In this document: positions 43,111-52,197 of the stretch, piece after piece
Layout: every line of letters begins with the position of its first letter
Position numbering within the stretch: the first letter of the stretch is position 1
From: Bacillota bacterium
GTDB taxonomy: Bacteria > Bacillota > Clostridia > Christensenellales > SZUA-584
Length of the DNA stretch: 64,000 nt
Reading direction: 5' to 3'
NCBI GenBank assembly: GCA_023461435.1
Contig: JAEYLC010000010.1
Coordinates: 78,669-142,668, forward strand
Program-made: the position numbers and the translations under genes
Notes under the pieces: generated by a model
The model's database searches: none
Told to the model about the DNA's origin: nothing
The model's input: only the letters and a program-made list of their open reading frames with translations

Positions 43111-43873
43111 AGTCAGAACGGTACTGACGCTCGTCAGCCTGATGCTGTTTCCGGTCATATTGAACTTTCTGTCGCCGGTCGTGCCGGTGTTCGGCGCGAT
43201 GGATGGCGTGATCACGGGCAGCCTCATGCTGTTTGCGGCGATGTTTTTAACGGGAATGTTCTTCGGGCGCGCGTGGTGCGGCTGGGTGTGCCCGATGTCG
43301 GCGCTGGGCGATCTGTGCGCCAAGGCCAATGGTAAAACGGTCAGCGTGAAGAAGCTCAGAACCGTTAGATACATAATATTTGCGGTATGGGCAGTTGTGC
43401 TCGTGACGGGCTTCATTCTCGCTGGCGGCGTCAAAAAGGCGGATTTCCTGTTCTTCACCGAATCGGGCGTCTCCGTCGATATGCCGCTTAAGTATATCAT
43501 GTACTATATCGTGCTCGCCGTCTTTATCGTCACCAATCTGCTCGTCGGACGACGCGGCGCGTGCCACAGCTTCTGCTGGATGACGCTGTTCCTTGCGGGC
43601 GGCTATGCGGTGGGTAAGCTGTTGAAGCTGCCGCAGCTGCGCATCAGGGCGGATGCGGACAGCTGCACCGGCTGCGAAAAATGCACCAGGGCCTGCCCGA
43701 TGAGCCTGCCGGTGAGCACGGCGCTTAAAAAAGGCAGCATCGAAGCGTCGGACTGCATACTGTGCGGCGAGTGCGTGAAGAGCTGCGCCAAGGGCGTATT
43801 GCGCTTCGGCATCAGAACCGCGGCGAAAAATATCAACGCGAAAAACAAGACCTCAATTGGACAGAATATATAG
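43100..43873 (+). CDS. Polytopic 4Fe-4S-binding membrane protein (NapH/MauN-like)
   Basis: GRAWCGWVCP motif plus two ferredoxin motifs, CTGCEKCTRACP and CILCGECVKSCA. The start overlaps the PadR stop. Confidence 0.8.
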   Translation: MKFKVRTVLTLVSLMLFPVILNFLSPVVPVFGAMDGVITGSLMLFAAMFLTGMFFGRAWCGWVCPMSALGDLCAKANGKTVSVKKLRTVRYIIFAVWAVVLVTGFILAGGVKKADFLFFTESGVSVDMPLKYIMYYIVLAVFIVTNLLVGRRGACHSFCWMTLFLAGGYAVGKLLKLPQLRIRADADSCTGCEKCTRACPMSLPVSTALKKGSIEASDCILCGECVKSCAKGVLRFGIRTAAKNINAKNKTSIGQNI

Positions 43874-43900
43874 ATCACCGACGGTGCACAAGGGGGGAGA

Positions 43901-44359
43901 ATGATGGGTTTTTCACTGATTGGATTGTTGATCACAGGCGTGATATTGCTGCCGAATCTGCTGATCATACTGCTTCCGCCGAAAAACGCGCCGGAAAAGA
44001 TGAAGGGCGCGGGGGCTTTGATGACGCTGATTGAACGCGCGGGACAGGTTGCGTGCTTCCTGCTTCCCGTGTTTTCAAAGGCTTTTATCGATGCCGTTGG
44101 CATCAACATATGGCTGATATTGGCGGCCTTAAGCATTGCGGCGTATTACGGGCTTTGGATAAGATACGCGGTCAGGCGTGATTTCCGGCTGCTGTTTGCG
44201 CCGTTTTTACGGATTCCGATACCGATGGCCGTGTTTCCGGTGCTGGCCTTTGCGTTACTCGCCGTATGGATACAGTCGGTCTGGCTGGGAATCGCGGCGG
44301 CGGTGCTGGTCGTCGGCCATTTCACAAACAGCTGGGTATCCTATAAAAGCATTGGCTGA
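43901..44359 (+). CDS. Membrane protein (4 predicted TM), unknown function
   Basis: Hydrophobic profile; co-oriented and tightly spaced with the PadR and 4Fe-4S genes. Confidence 0.6.
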   Translation: MMGFSLIGLLITGVILLPNLLIILLPPKNAPEKMKGAGALMTLIERAGQVACFLLPVFSKAFIDAVGINIWLILAALSIAAYYGLWIRYAVRRDFRLLFAPFLRIPIPMAVFPVLAFALLAVWIQSVWLGIAAAVLVVGHFTNSWVSYKSIG

Positions 44360-44362
44360 CTC

Positions 44363-45061
44363 TTATTCGAATATCTTGGGCCGACCGAAAGCGTTCCAGT
44401 TTAGGCTGACCACCAAATCGCCCCCGACGATGTTGTGATAGATGCGTTTGTCGATCGTGCGCTTATATACGACGCCCACGTAGCCGCTGGCCGCTTCATA
44501 GATATATCCGTGACGGCCCATAATGCCCATGTGCGACACATGCCCGTCGTCGCCCATGATGAACACAATGTCGCCGGGCCGCAAGTCTTCCTTGCCGATG
44601 GGCGTGCAGTAATCGTAATAGGTGTCGTTGGCGGTACGGTCGGTGTATTTTTCGTATAGCTTTGCTTCATTGGCGGCGTACCACCACAGGCCGCTGCAGT
44701 CCCACGCATAGTCTTCGGGGAACGCAAAGCCCTGCTGCGCGGCTTTGTCCGCGATATCATGAAAATATTCGAGGCGGCCGCCCGAAAAATAGTCAGGGTA
44801 TTGTTCGTTCATTTTTTCAATAAACTCGTCTGTGATGGGCGTCGCCTGCCCCGCGATGATATACTGCCCGCCCACGCAGGTGTCGAGCACATCAAGCAGC
44901 GCCGCGACATCGTCCTCGGGCTCCGGTTCGTCCGCGTATTTTTGCTCGTAATAGGCGCGCTCTGCTTCCGATTCCTCGGCGCTCAGCGCTTCGCACGAAG
45001 CCGACAGCAGCAGGACTGACGCGGCGAGCAGCACCCCCGCAATTTTTGTGATCGTATTCAT
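44363..45061 (-). CDS. NlpC/P60 (C40) peptidoglycan hydrolase lipoprotein
   Basis: Lipobox LSASC. Catalytic Cys context WDCSGLWWY and His context GHVSHMGIM. Confidence 0.85.
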   Translation of the reverse strand: MNTITKIAGVLLAASVLLLSASCEALSAEESEAERAYYEQKYADEPEPEDDVAALLDVLDTCVGGQYIIAGQATPITDEFIEKMNEQYPDYFSGGRLEYFHDIADKAAQQGFAFPEDYAWDCSGLWWYAANEAKLYEKYTDRTANDTYYDYCTPIGKEDLRPGDIVFIMGDDGHVSHMGIMGRHGYIYEAASGYVGVVYKRTIDKRIYHNIVGGDLVVSLNWNAFGRPKIFE

Positions 45062-45068
45062 ATGACAA

Positions 45069-45097
45069 ATTATATCATTTTTTTACATCGTTATCAA
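45069..45097 (-). promoter_or_regulatory. Strong sigma-A promoter positioned for a leaderless NlpC/P60 mRNA
   Basis: On the minus strand, TTGATA (45092-45097), 17-nt spacer with TG, then TATAAT (45069-45074). Only 7 nt (ttgtcat) separate the -10 from the ATG, and there is no SD. Confidence 0.5.
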
Positions 45098-45188
45098 GCC
45101 GCAGGCTGATCGCGCCGGTCAGTCAAAGAATATCCGTCCAATCATCGGGAGAAACTAATCACAAAAGCAAAAAAGGGGATATTCGGTT

Positions 45189-46328
45189 ATGAAAAGGACG
45201 ATTCTGATCGCGTTTGCGTTTGTGATGATCTTTGCGTTCACAGTGACGGCATACGCGGAAGGCTTTGAAGCGAATGCGAAAAGCTATATACTGATTGACG
45301 CGGGTTCGGGAGATGTGCTGGCCGAGAAAAACGCGGATGAACAGCTGCCCTGCGCAAGCGTCGTGAAGGTGATGTCGATACTGCTGTTTTTGGAGGCGGA
45401 GGAGTCGGGGCGTCTGTCGCTCAGCGATACGGCATCCGTCAGCGATCATGCGGCATCCATGGGCGGTACGCAGGCGTTTCTCGATGTGAACAGCACGCAC
45501 AAGGTGGAGGATCTGCTCAAAGCCGTCATCGTGTGCAGCGCGAACGACGCGGCTGTCGCGCTCGCGGAAAAAGTGGCGGGCAGTGAGGACGCGTTTGTGG
45601 AGATGATGAACAAGAGGGCGGGCACACTCGGCGTCAGTGCGACGTTTGTCAACGCGACGGGCCTCGGGGATGAGCAGAAGCTCAGCGCGCGCGACGCGGC
45701 GACGATCTGCCAGCAGGTCGTGAAGCATCCGCTGCTCTATCAATGGAGCGGCATATGGATGGACAACTATACGCATCCGGACGGACGCAAAACAGAAATG
45801 GTGAACCAGAACAGGCTCGTGCGGTATTATGAGGGCTGCGACGGGGTCGCGACGGGGTCGTCAGGCGCCGCGGGATATTGCGTCGCGGCCACGGTGAAGC
45901 GCAGCGGCGGGCGGTTCATCTATGTCGCGCTCGGCGCGCCCAACAGCTCCACAAGGTTTGACGAAGCGAAAGCCGCGTTTGATTATGCGTTCGCGGGCTT
46001 TACGGCCAAAACGATCGTATCGGAAGGGCAGAAGCTCGGCGGCGATCTGGCGATTGCGGGCGGCACGGAGCCGTTTATCGATGTGTATGCGGGGCAGGGC
46101 TTTTCCACGCTGATTGAGAAGGGCAAGGAGGCGACGCTCGAAAAAGAGCTCGTGCTGCTCGAAAACATCGCCGCGCCCGTGGAGAAAGGGCAGGTGCTCG
46201 GGTATCTTCGGATACTGCTGGACGGCGCGGAGATTGGCCGCGTGGACGCGGTGGCGGGAGACAGCGTCGCGGAACGCAACTTTGCCAACGCCTTCAAGCG
46301 CATACTCACGTGGTGGCTGTTCGCCTGA
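45189..46328 (+). CDS. Serine-type D-Ala-D-Ala carboxypeptidase (PBP5/DacB-like)
   Basis: Signal peptide, SxxK (CASVVKVMS), SxN (CSANDAA), C-terminal PBP5_C-like domain. Confidence 0.88.
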   Translation: MKRTILIAFAFVMIFAFTVTAYAEGFEANAKSYILIDAGSGDVLAEKNADEQLPCASVVKVMSILLFLEAEESGRLSLSDTASVSDHAASMGGTQAFLDVNSTHKVEDLLKAVIVCSANDAAVALAEKVAGSEDAFVEMMNKRAGTLGVSATFVNATGLGDEQKLSARDAATICQQVVKHPLLYQWSGIWMDNYTHPDGRKTEMVNQNRLVRYYEGCDGVATGSSGAAGYCVAATVKRSGGRFIYVALGAPNSSTRFDEAKAAFDYAFAGFTAKTIVSEGQKLGGDLAIAGGTEPFIDVYAGQGFSTLIEKGKEATLEKELVLLENIAAPVEKGQVLGYLRILLDGAEIGRVDAVAGDSVAERNFANAFKRILTWWLFA

Positions 46329-46375
46329 CATTGACAGGCTGAGCGCCCTCCTGTAAAATGAGACAGGAGGAAACG

Positions 46376-47155
46376 ATGCGTATTTTAATTGTGAATGATG
46401 ACGGTATTCATGCCAAAGGCTTAAGGACGCTGGCCGCGCGGCTGAAAGACAGCAGCCATGACGTGACGGTGGTTGCGCCCGAATCGGAGCGCAGCGCGAC
46501 CTCGCATTCGATTACCATATACCGTCCGCTGCGCGTGACGAAAACGCAGCCGGCGGGGCTCGAGACGATACCCTGCTATGTGGTGGACGGACAACCGGTG
46601 GACTGTACCAAGATCGGCATTGCCCATATTATGAGCGGCAAGGTCGATCTTGTTGTTTCTGGCATCAATCACGGCGCGAACCTGGGGTCAGACATACTCT
46701 ATTCGGGGACCGTGGCGGCCGCGCTCGATGCCGTGATATTAGGGCATAAGGCGATGGCGGTGTCATGCGCGTCTCATTTCGCGGAGCATTTCGAGAGTGC
46801 CGCGGAAATCGCGGCGCAGCTGATCGACGGCGGGCTGTTTGACGGGGAAAACGAAGGGGTTCTTTATAACCTCAACGTGCCCGATTTGCCGCTATCCAAA
46901 ATAAACGGCGTGAAAGTATGCGTTCAGGGGCGCACGGCGTATGATGACGAGGTGGAACTCAGAGACGATCCGCACGGCAGAGAATATATCTGGATGACGG
47001 GCACACTGCGCGAAGAGGCGGCTGAGGAGGAGACAGATCTCTCGGCGGTTCGCTCAGGCTTCGCGTCGCTGACGCCGATCAAGTTTGATCTGACTGCAAG
47101 AGACAGAGTTGAGGCGCTTTCTTGCAGGATTCATAAAATAAAATTGCATTTTTGA
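46376..47155 (+). CDS. surE: 5'/3'-nucleotidase SurE
   Basis: MRILIVNDDGIHAKGL and GINHGANLG motifs. AGGAGG lies before ATG 46376. Confidence 0.92.
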   Translation: MRILIVNDDGIHAKGLRTLAARLKDSSHDVTVVAPESERSATSHSITIYRPLRVTKTQPAGLETIPCYVVDGQPVDCTKIGIAHIMSGKVDLVVSGINHGANLGSDILYSGTVAAALDAVILGHKAMAVSCASHFAEHFESAAEIAAQLIDGGLFDGENEGVLYNLNVPDLPLSKINGVKVCVQGRTAYDDEVELRDDPHGREYIWMTGTLREEAAEEETDLSAVRSGFASLTPIKFDLTARDRVEALSCRIHKIKLHF

Positions 47156-47206
47156 CACGGTATGATAGAATATATGGCATAACAGAGCTGATGGGGGACG
47201 AACTGC

Positions 47207-48073
47207 ATGCAAGTCAACGATATCATTAAGGTCATAAAAGAGCGGCAAAGCTCAATGAGCAAAGGGCATCGTGCGATTGCGTCATACATCATCGAGCATT
47301 ACGACACCGCCGCGTTCATCACGGCGTCGCGGCTCGGCGAGACGGTGGGCGTCAGTGAATCCACCGTGGTGAGGTTTGCGTGTGCGCTCGGATACGACGG
47401 GTACCCCGAGCTGCAGAAAAAGCTTCAGGAGCTGATCCGCACCAAGCTGACAAATGTGCAGCGCATGGGCCTTGGGTCGGATATGTCCGAGGAGGAGCTT
47501 GTGCGCTGGGCTTTGCGCAACGATATCGCGAGCCTTCGGCACATCCGCGAGATACTCGACTACGGCATGATGGAAAAAGCCGCGGATATGATACTCGGCG
47601 CCAAGCGCGTTTATATACTCGGTCTGAGGTCCAGCGCGCCGCTGGCACTGTTCTTCTGGTATTATCTTAATTATATCATCAGCGAGACGAGCCTTGTGTC
47701 GTCGAGCATCGGCGGCGATATTTTCGGACATCTGCTGCACGCGGGCAAGGGAGATCTGGTGGTCGCAATCAGCTTTCCGCGCTATTCGTCGCGCACGATG
47801 GACGGTGTGAATTTTGCGAAGAAGAACGGCGCCACGATACTCGGCATCACGGACAACGAGCTGTCGCCGCTCGCGAACGCGGCGGATGCGAACCTGTTTG
47901 TGAATTCGGATATGAACCTGTTCATCGATTCGCTCGTGACGCCCATCAGCGTTGTGAACGCGCTCGTGCTGCTGATCGGCATGCGAAAGAAGGACGGCTT
48001 GAAGCAGAACTTTGAGATGCTCGAGGATCTGTGGCAGCAGTATGATGTTTATACGGGCAAGGAAGAGATTTGA
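47207..48073 (+). CDS. MurR/RpiR-family transcriptional regulator (HTH_6 + SIS)
   Basis: GHRAIASYIIEHYD...SRLGETVGVSESTVVRFACALGYDGY, followed by a SIS domain. Confidence 0.85.
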   Translation: MQVNDIIKVIKERQSSMSKGHRAIASYIIEHYDTAAFITASRLGETVGVSESTVVRFACALGYDGYPELQKKLQELIRTKLTNVQRMGLGSDMSEEELVRWALRNDIASLRHIREILDYGMMEKAADMILGAKRVYILGLRSSAPLALFFWYYLNYIISETSLVSSSIGGDIFGHLLHAGKGDLVVAISFPRYSSRTMDGVNFAKKNGATILGITDNELSPLANAADANLFVNSDMNLFIDSLVTPISVVNALVLLIGMRKKDGLKQNFEMLEDLWQQYDVYTGKEEI

Positions 48074-49284
48074 TGCGCAAGGTATGTGTGGTCGGCGGCG
48101 GGCCTGCGGGCATGATGGCCGCTTTGGCGGCGGCACGCAGCGGCCGCGACGTCACGCTGTTTGAGAAAAATGAAAAGCTCGGCAAAAAGCTGTATATCAC
48201 GGGAAAAGGGCGCTGCAACGTCACAAACGCCGCGCCGATAGAGGATTTTTTCCAAAGCGTCGTGCACAACGGCGCCTTTTTATACAGCGCGCTTTATACG
48301 TTTGACAACACGCAGCTCATCGAGCTGCTGGAAAGCCTCGGGCTGCCGCTCAAAACGGAGCGCGGCGGCCGCGTATTCCCGGTATCCGACAAATCGAGCG
48401 ATGTGTTAAAAACGCTTGATAAAGCGCTTCACAGCGTGGGCGTGCATATAAGGCTCAATACAGTCGTCTCGCAGGTCAGCGCCAAGGACGGGCGCGTCAC
48501 GGGCGTTGTTTGCGGCGGCAAAGAGCTTTGCTTTGAAAGCGTCATCGTCGCGACGGGCGGCGTATCGTACCCGTCCACCGGCTCGACGGGGGACGGATAC
48601 AAGTTTGCGACGGCGGCGGGGCATAAAATTGAGACGCCGCGCCCCTCGCTGGTGGGGCTCGATATGGCGGAGAATATGAAGGAATATGCGGGCATCACGC
48701 TCAAAAATGTGGGGTTTGCGCTCAAAAAAGGCAAGAAAAACGTTTACAGCGAGCAGGGCGAGCTGCTCATCACGCACACCGGCGTTTCCGGCCCCCTCGT
48801 ACTGTCGGCCAGCGCCTATATGGACGGCGATGAGGGCTATACCGCGATGATCGACTTCAAGCCCGCGCTCGACTTAAAAACGCTCGACAACCGGCTGCTG
48901 CGCGATTTTGCCGAGAAAGCGAATAAGGACTTCGGCAATGTGCTCAGCGGTTTGGTGCCGGTAAAGCTCGCGCCGCTGATCGCGTCGGCCAGCGGCATCG
49001 ACATCGGCAAGAAGGCGCATTCGATCACGCGCGAGGAGCGCGCCGCGCTCTGCGCGGCGCTCAAGGGGCTTGAGCTTCAGGTGAAAGGCAAAAGGCCCGT
49101 TGCCGAAGCCGTGATCACGCGCGGCGGCGTGGATGTGCGCGGCATCGATCCGTCCACGATGCAGAGCAAGCTTTGCGAAGGGCTGTTCTTTGCGGGCGAG
49201 GTGATCGATGTAGACGCGCTGACCGGCGGCTACAATCTGCAGATCGCCTTTTCCACCGGATATTTGGCGGGTTTAAATTGTTGA
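48070..49284 (+). CDS. FAD-dependent oxidoreductase of the HI0933/BaiN family
   Basis: VCVVGGGPAGMMAA dinucleotide motif, ITGKGRCNVTN, GLFFAGEVIDVDALTGGYNLQ. Confidence 0.85.
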   Translation: MMRKVCVVGGGPAGMMAALAAARSGRDVTLFEKNEKLGKKLYITGKGRCNVTNAAPIEDFFQSVVHNGAFLYSALYTFDNTQLIELLESLGLPLKTERGGRVFPVSDKSSDVLKTLDKALHSVGVHIRLNTVVSQVSAKDGRVTGVVCGGKELCFESVIVATGGVSYPSTGSTGDGYKFATAAGHKIETPRPSLVGLDMAENMKEYAGITLKNVGFALKKGKKNVYSEQGELLITHTGVSGPLVLSASAYMDGDEGYTAMIDFKPALDLKTLDNRLLRDFAEKANKDFGNVLSGLVPVKLAPLIASASGIDIGKKAHSITREERAALCAALKGLELQVKGKRPVAEAVITRGGVDVRGIDPSTMQSKLCEGLFFAGEVIDVDALTGGYNLQIAFSTGYLAGLNC

Positions 49285-49309
49285 CAGCGGTTCATGTTTA
49301 TGATACACT
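49281..49309 (+). promoter_or_regulatory. Promoter of the infC-rpmI-rplT operon
   Basis: TTGACA (49281-49286), 17-nt spacer ending in TG, then TACACT (49304-49309). Confidence 0.5.
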
Positions 49310-49315
49310 TTCTCT

Positions 49316-49418
49316 TGCTTGAAAGCAGAAACACCCGTTTCTCACCTGTCGGCACCGCCAGACACGGTAAGCAGATCTGATTTGCGGATTAACGGGTATG
49401 ATGTACCCGTTTTTTTAT
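49316..49418 (+). promoter_or_regulatory. L20-leader-type transcription attenuator
   Basis: Position upstream of infC-rpmI-rplT. It ends in the terminator AACGGGTA-tgatg-TACCCGTT plus T7 (49391-49418). Assignment to the L20 leader family rests on context, not on an alignment. Confidence 0.55.
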
Positions 49419-49482
49419 TTATCCGGGAGCTTTTAAGAAATAGGTTTAACGCTTGTGTTTGCAACATTTTATGGAGGTGTTT

Positions 49483-49995
49483 ATTATCGCAAACGAACAT
49501 CAGATTAACGAGCAGATTCGGGATTCAAGTATCCGTGTGGTTTCCGAGGAAGGTGAACAGCTGGGGATCATGTCTGCGCGTGAGGCGATGAACATTGCTG
49601 AAGAAAAAGGGCTTGATCTCGTGAAAATTTCTCCGAATGCCCAGCCGCCGGTGTGCAAGATCATGGACTATGGGAAATTTCGTTTCGAGCAGTCCAAAAA
49701 GCAAAAAGAGGCGAAGAAAAACCAGCATATCATCACGATCAAGGAAATGCGGCTGTCAACCAACATTGATAAGCACGATCTTGATGTGAAGGCAAAGAGC
49801 GTAAGCAAATTCTTGCAGGCGGGCGATAAGGTGAAAATATCGCTGCGCTTTCGAGGCAGACAAATGACACATACGGATTTGGGGCGTGAAGTGATGGAAG
49901 AGTTCTTTGGCATGGTGCAGGATGACGCCGTGATGGAGAAGGGCACCAAAATGGAGGGCCGGAGTATGTTCATGATATTAGCACCAAAGAACTAA
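49483..49995 (+). CDS. infC: Translation initiation factor IF-3
   Basis: [19 protein letters not shown]...[29 protein letters not shown] is followed 5 nt later by ATT at 49483, the non-canonical start typical of infC. Confidence 0.9.
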   Translation: MIANEHQINEQIRDSSIRVVSEEGEQLGIMSAREAMNIAEEKGLDLVKISPNAQPPVCKIMDYGKFRFEQSKKQKEAKKNQHIITIKEMRLSTNIDKHDLDVKAKSVSKFLQAGDKVKISLRFRGRQMTHTDLGREVMEEFFGMVQDDAVMEKGTKMEGRSMFMILAPKN

Positions 49996-50015
49996 CCAAG
50001 GAGGACGATGCAATC

Positions 50016-50213
50016 ATGCCTAAGATCAAAACTCACAGGGGCGCGGCTAAACGGTTCTCGCTGACGGGTACCGGCAAGGTTAAGCGCGCAAAGGCGTACA
50101 AGAGCCACATTCTCAATAAAAAGAGCGCCAAGAGAAAAAGGAATTTGCGGCAGGGCACATATATTGTGGCAGCTGAAGAGAAAAACATCAAACAGCTTAT
50201 TCCTTACAAATAG
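50016..50213 (+). CDS. rpmI: 50S ribosomal protein L35
   Basis: [14 protein letters not shown]... Confidence 0.95.
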   Translation: MPKIKTHRGAAKRFSLTGTGKVKRAKAYKSHILNKKSAKRKRNLRQGTYIVAAEEKNIKQLIPYK

Positions 50214-50236
50214 GCCAATGACAGGAGGAGACGATA

Positions 50237-50593
50237 ATGGCAAGAGTGAAGGGGGCAGTCAATGCCCGTAAAAAACATAAGAAGATTTTAAAGCTTGCGA
50301 AAGGATACTTCGGCGCGAAGTCCAAGCAGTTCAGAGCGGCCAATCAGGCTGTGATGCGCTCGCTGCGCTACGCGTATATAGGCCGCAAGCTCAAGAAGAG
50401 AGATTACCGCAGCCTTTGGATCACGCGTATCAACGCGGAAGCCAGAAACAACGGCATCAGCTATTCCCGCCTGATCAACGGCTTAAAGAAGGCCGGCGTG
50501 ACGGTCAACAGAAAGATTCTGGCCGACATGGCTGTGAACGACAAAGTCGCGTTCGCGGGCATGGTGACTGTGGCCAAGAAGAAGCTGGGTTAA
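50237..50593 (+). CDS. rplT: 50S ribosomal protein L20
   Basis: [26 protein letters not shown]... Confidence 0.95.
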   Translation: MARVKGAVNARKKHKKILKLAKGYFGAKSKQFRAANQAVMRSLRYAYIGRKLKKRDYRSLWITRINAEARNNGISYSRLINGLKKAGVTVNRKILADMAVNDKVAFAGMVTVAKKKLG

Positions 50594-50613
50594 AGCAACG
50601 ATTCATCAATAAG

Positions 50614-50643
50614 AGAGTCTTCGGTTTGAAGGCTCTTTTTTGT
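50614..50643 (+). terminator. Rho-independent terminator after rplT
   Basis: AGAGTCTTC-ggttt-GAAGGCTCT (one G-U pair) followed by TTTTTTGTT. Confidence 0.7.
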
Positions 50644-50948
50644 TATGAGAGAAAGGTGAGGCCGCTGATAAAGTCCTGAAATCTCCCGTGTGAAAATTAA
50701 ATCGTATGTTAATGCTTTGAAAGCAACTCGTTCGGGCATATCGTCCACTGCGCAGTGAGCGAAGCGACGATTGCGGAGCGGAACAGCAGATATTTTCAAG
50801 ACCCGATAAGGCGGGAATAAATAGCCTCACATACGAACTTCATAATCCGCCTTCCGGCGGCATTTCTTCTGGTTGCGGAAGCCGGACAAGAACCGACTAA
50901 GCAATTAAATACATATCTTGACCAGCAAATAAAAATTAACCACGACGC

Positions 50949-51014
50949 TTGACAGATGAATGTGATTGCATATAATAAGAATTGAATGATATTCAAAAAA
51001 GGATTCAAAAAAGG
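50949..51014 (+). promoter_or_regulatory. Promoter with overlapping palindrome (candidate TetR operator) and 12-nt tandem duplication
   Basis: TTGACA (50949-50954), 16-nt spacer, TATAAT (50971-50976). Palindrome TTGAAT-gat-ATTCAA (50982-50996). ATTCAAAAAAGG x2 at 50991-51014. Confidence 0.5.
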
Positions 51015-51031
51015 AGTATAAGGAGCATAAT

Positions 51032-51394
51032 ATGAAAAATATTTGGATTCTGGTGGTGGAGGTCGTCATCGCAGGCGTGTTGGTGGCGTTGGGGCTGTCG
51101 GGTAAACGCTTTTTATTTATTGAAGGGGCGCGGACCGCGACGATCGTTCTCGGCGTGGTCGGTATGGCGCTGTGCACGATCGGCGTGGGAAAATTCATCA
51201 CGCTGGCGCCCGCGCATCCGCTGTCGATACTCGGGTATCTTTTAGGCACTGTGGCGCTGCTTGCGCTTTTGACACAGATCTTCAATTGGGATATGATCTT
51301 GCTCGGCAACGCGAATACGGCGCTTATCGTTCTCGCGGCGGCGATGGTGCTCAAATCAATCATCGGGCGTTTCGCGCATGTGCTTGCACAATAG
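51032..51394 (+). CDS. Small integral membrane protein (4 TM), unknown function
   Basis: Hydrophobic profile, AAGGAG SD, lies upstream of the TetR gene in the same orientation. Confidence 0.6.
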   Translation: MKNIWILVVEVVIAGVLVALGLSGKRFLFIEGARTATIVLGVVGMALCTIGVGKFITLAPAHPLSILGYLLGTVALLALLTQIFNWDMILLGNANTALIVLAAAMVLKSIIGRFAHVLAQ

Positions 51395-51419
51395 CATTAT
51401 AGAAGGTATAAAGGTATAA

Positions 51420-52007
51420 ATGAGAAAAGATATCAAAAACGAGATCATGGAAGCGACAATCAAGCTGATTGAGGAAAAAGGCAGCAACCCTGATGAAATC
51501 ACGATCAGCGATATCTGCAGCCGTGTCAGCATCGGCGTGGGGCTCATCAATTATCATTTTCAGACCAAGGATAATCTGATCAGGCAATGTGTGAGGCGGA
51601 TCATCAGCCATGCCACGTTGATAACGGATGACGAGCGGGAGAAGCTCGACAATGTTGAGCCCAAAGAAAAGCTGCGCATACTGCTCAAGCTCAACTGCGA
51701 TTATCTCGTGCGCAATGAGAATATATCGCGCATCTCCATACAAACGGATATGATGAACGACGATCTGCAGGACAACACGCGGGAGACGGTGGACGCCTAT
51801 CTGCCGCTCGTTTACAAAGCTTACGGCGATGAATTTTCCGAGGAAGAGATCAAGCGCAGAATGTATTATTTGATACTCACGGTACAGAATGCGTTTTTGC
51901 GCACTGGCTTGCTTAAAGACCAGACGGGCGTGGATTTTCAGAATCCGCAGCATCGCAGCGAACTGGTGGACAATCTGATGGACTGCTATTTTGGCAAGAC
52001 AGAATAG
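51420..52007 (+). CDS. TetR/AcrR-family transcriptional regulator
   Basis: N-terminal HTH IMEATIKLIEEKGSNPDEITISDICSRVSIGVGLINYHFQTKDNLI. Confidence 0.85.
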   Translation: MRKDIKNEIMEATIKLIEEKGSNPDEITISDICSRVSIGVGLINYHFQTKDNLIRQCVRRIISHATLITDDEREKLDNVEPKEKLRILLKLNCDYLVRNENISRISIQTDMMNDDLQDNTRETVDAYLPLVYKAYGDEFSEEEIKRRMYYLILTVQNAFLRTGLLKDQTGVDFQNPQHRSELVDNLMDCYFGKTE

Positions 52008-52021
52008 ACTTATCGTTTTTC

Positions 52022-52048
52022 AGAGCTCCGGGAGGGCTCTTTTTTATT
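52022..52048 (+). terminator. Rho-independent terminator after the TetR gene
   Basis: AGAGCTC...GGGCTCT hairpin followed by TTTTTTATTTT. Confidence 0.6.
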
Positions 52049-52197
52049 TTCACCGGCCCCCTGGGAAACTGAAAACATTTGATATCAGTTAAAAAATCTT
52101 ACACAATTTTATCAATAATCACCCAATGTAAGAAATTGTGGTTTTCTAAAAGAAGTGATAGTATATAGTTAAAATCAAATAGACGGGGAGAAAGCCA

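Noticed and set aside
45062-45188. c-di-AMP (ydaO-type) riboswitch upstream of the NlpC/P60 gene
   Set aside because: Such riboswitches often precede cell-wall hydrolases. Here, however, the promoter abuts the ATG, the 127-nt spacer is shared with the divergent carboxypeptidase gene, and the conserved pseudo-symmetric motif is absent.
50590-51008. Three small minus-strand ORFs (69-74 aa) in the rplT-downstream spacer
   Set aside because: They overlap one another in different frames, have no SD sequences, and one runs through the downstream promoter. No family is recognisable.
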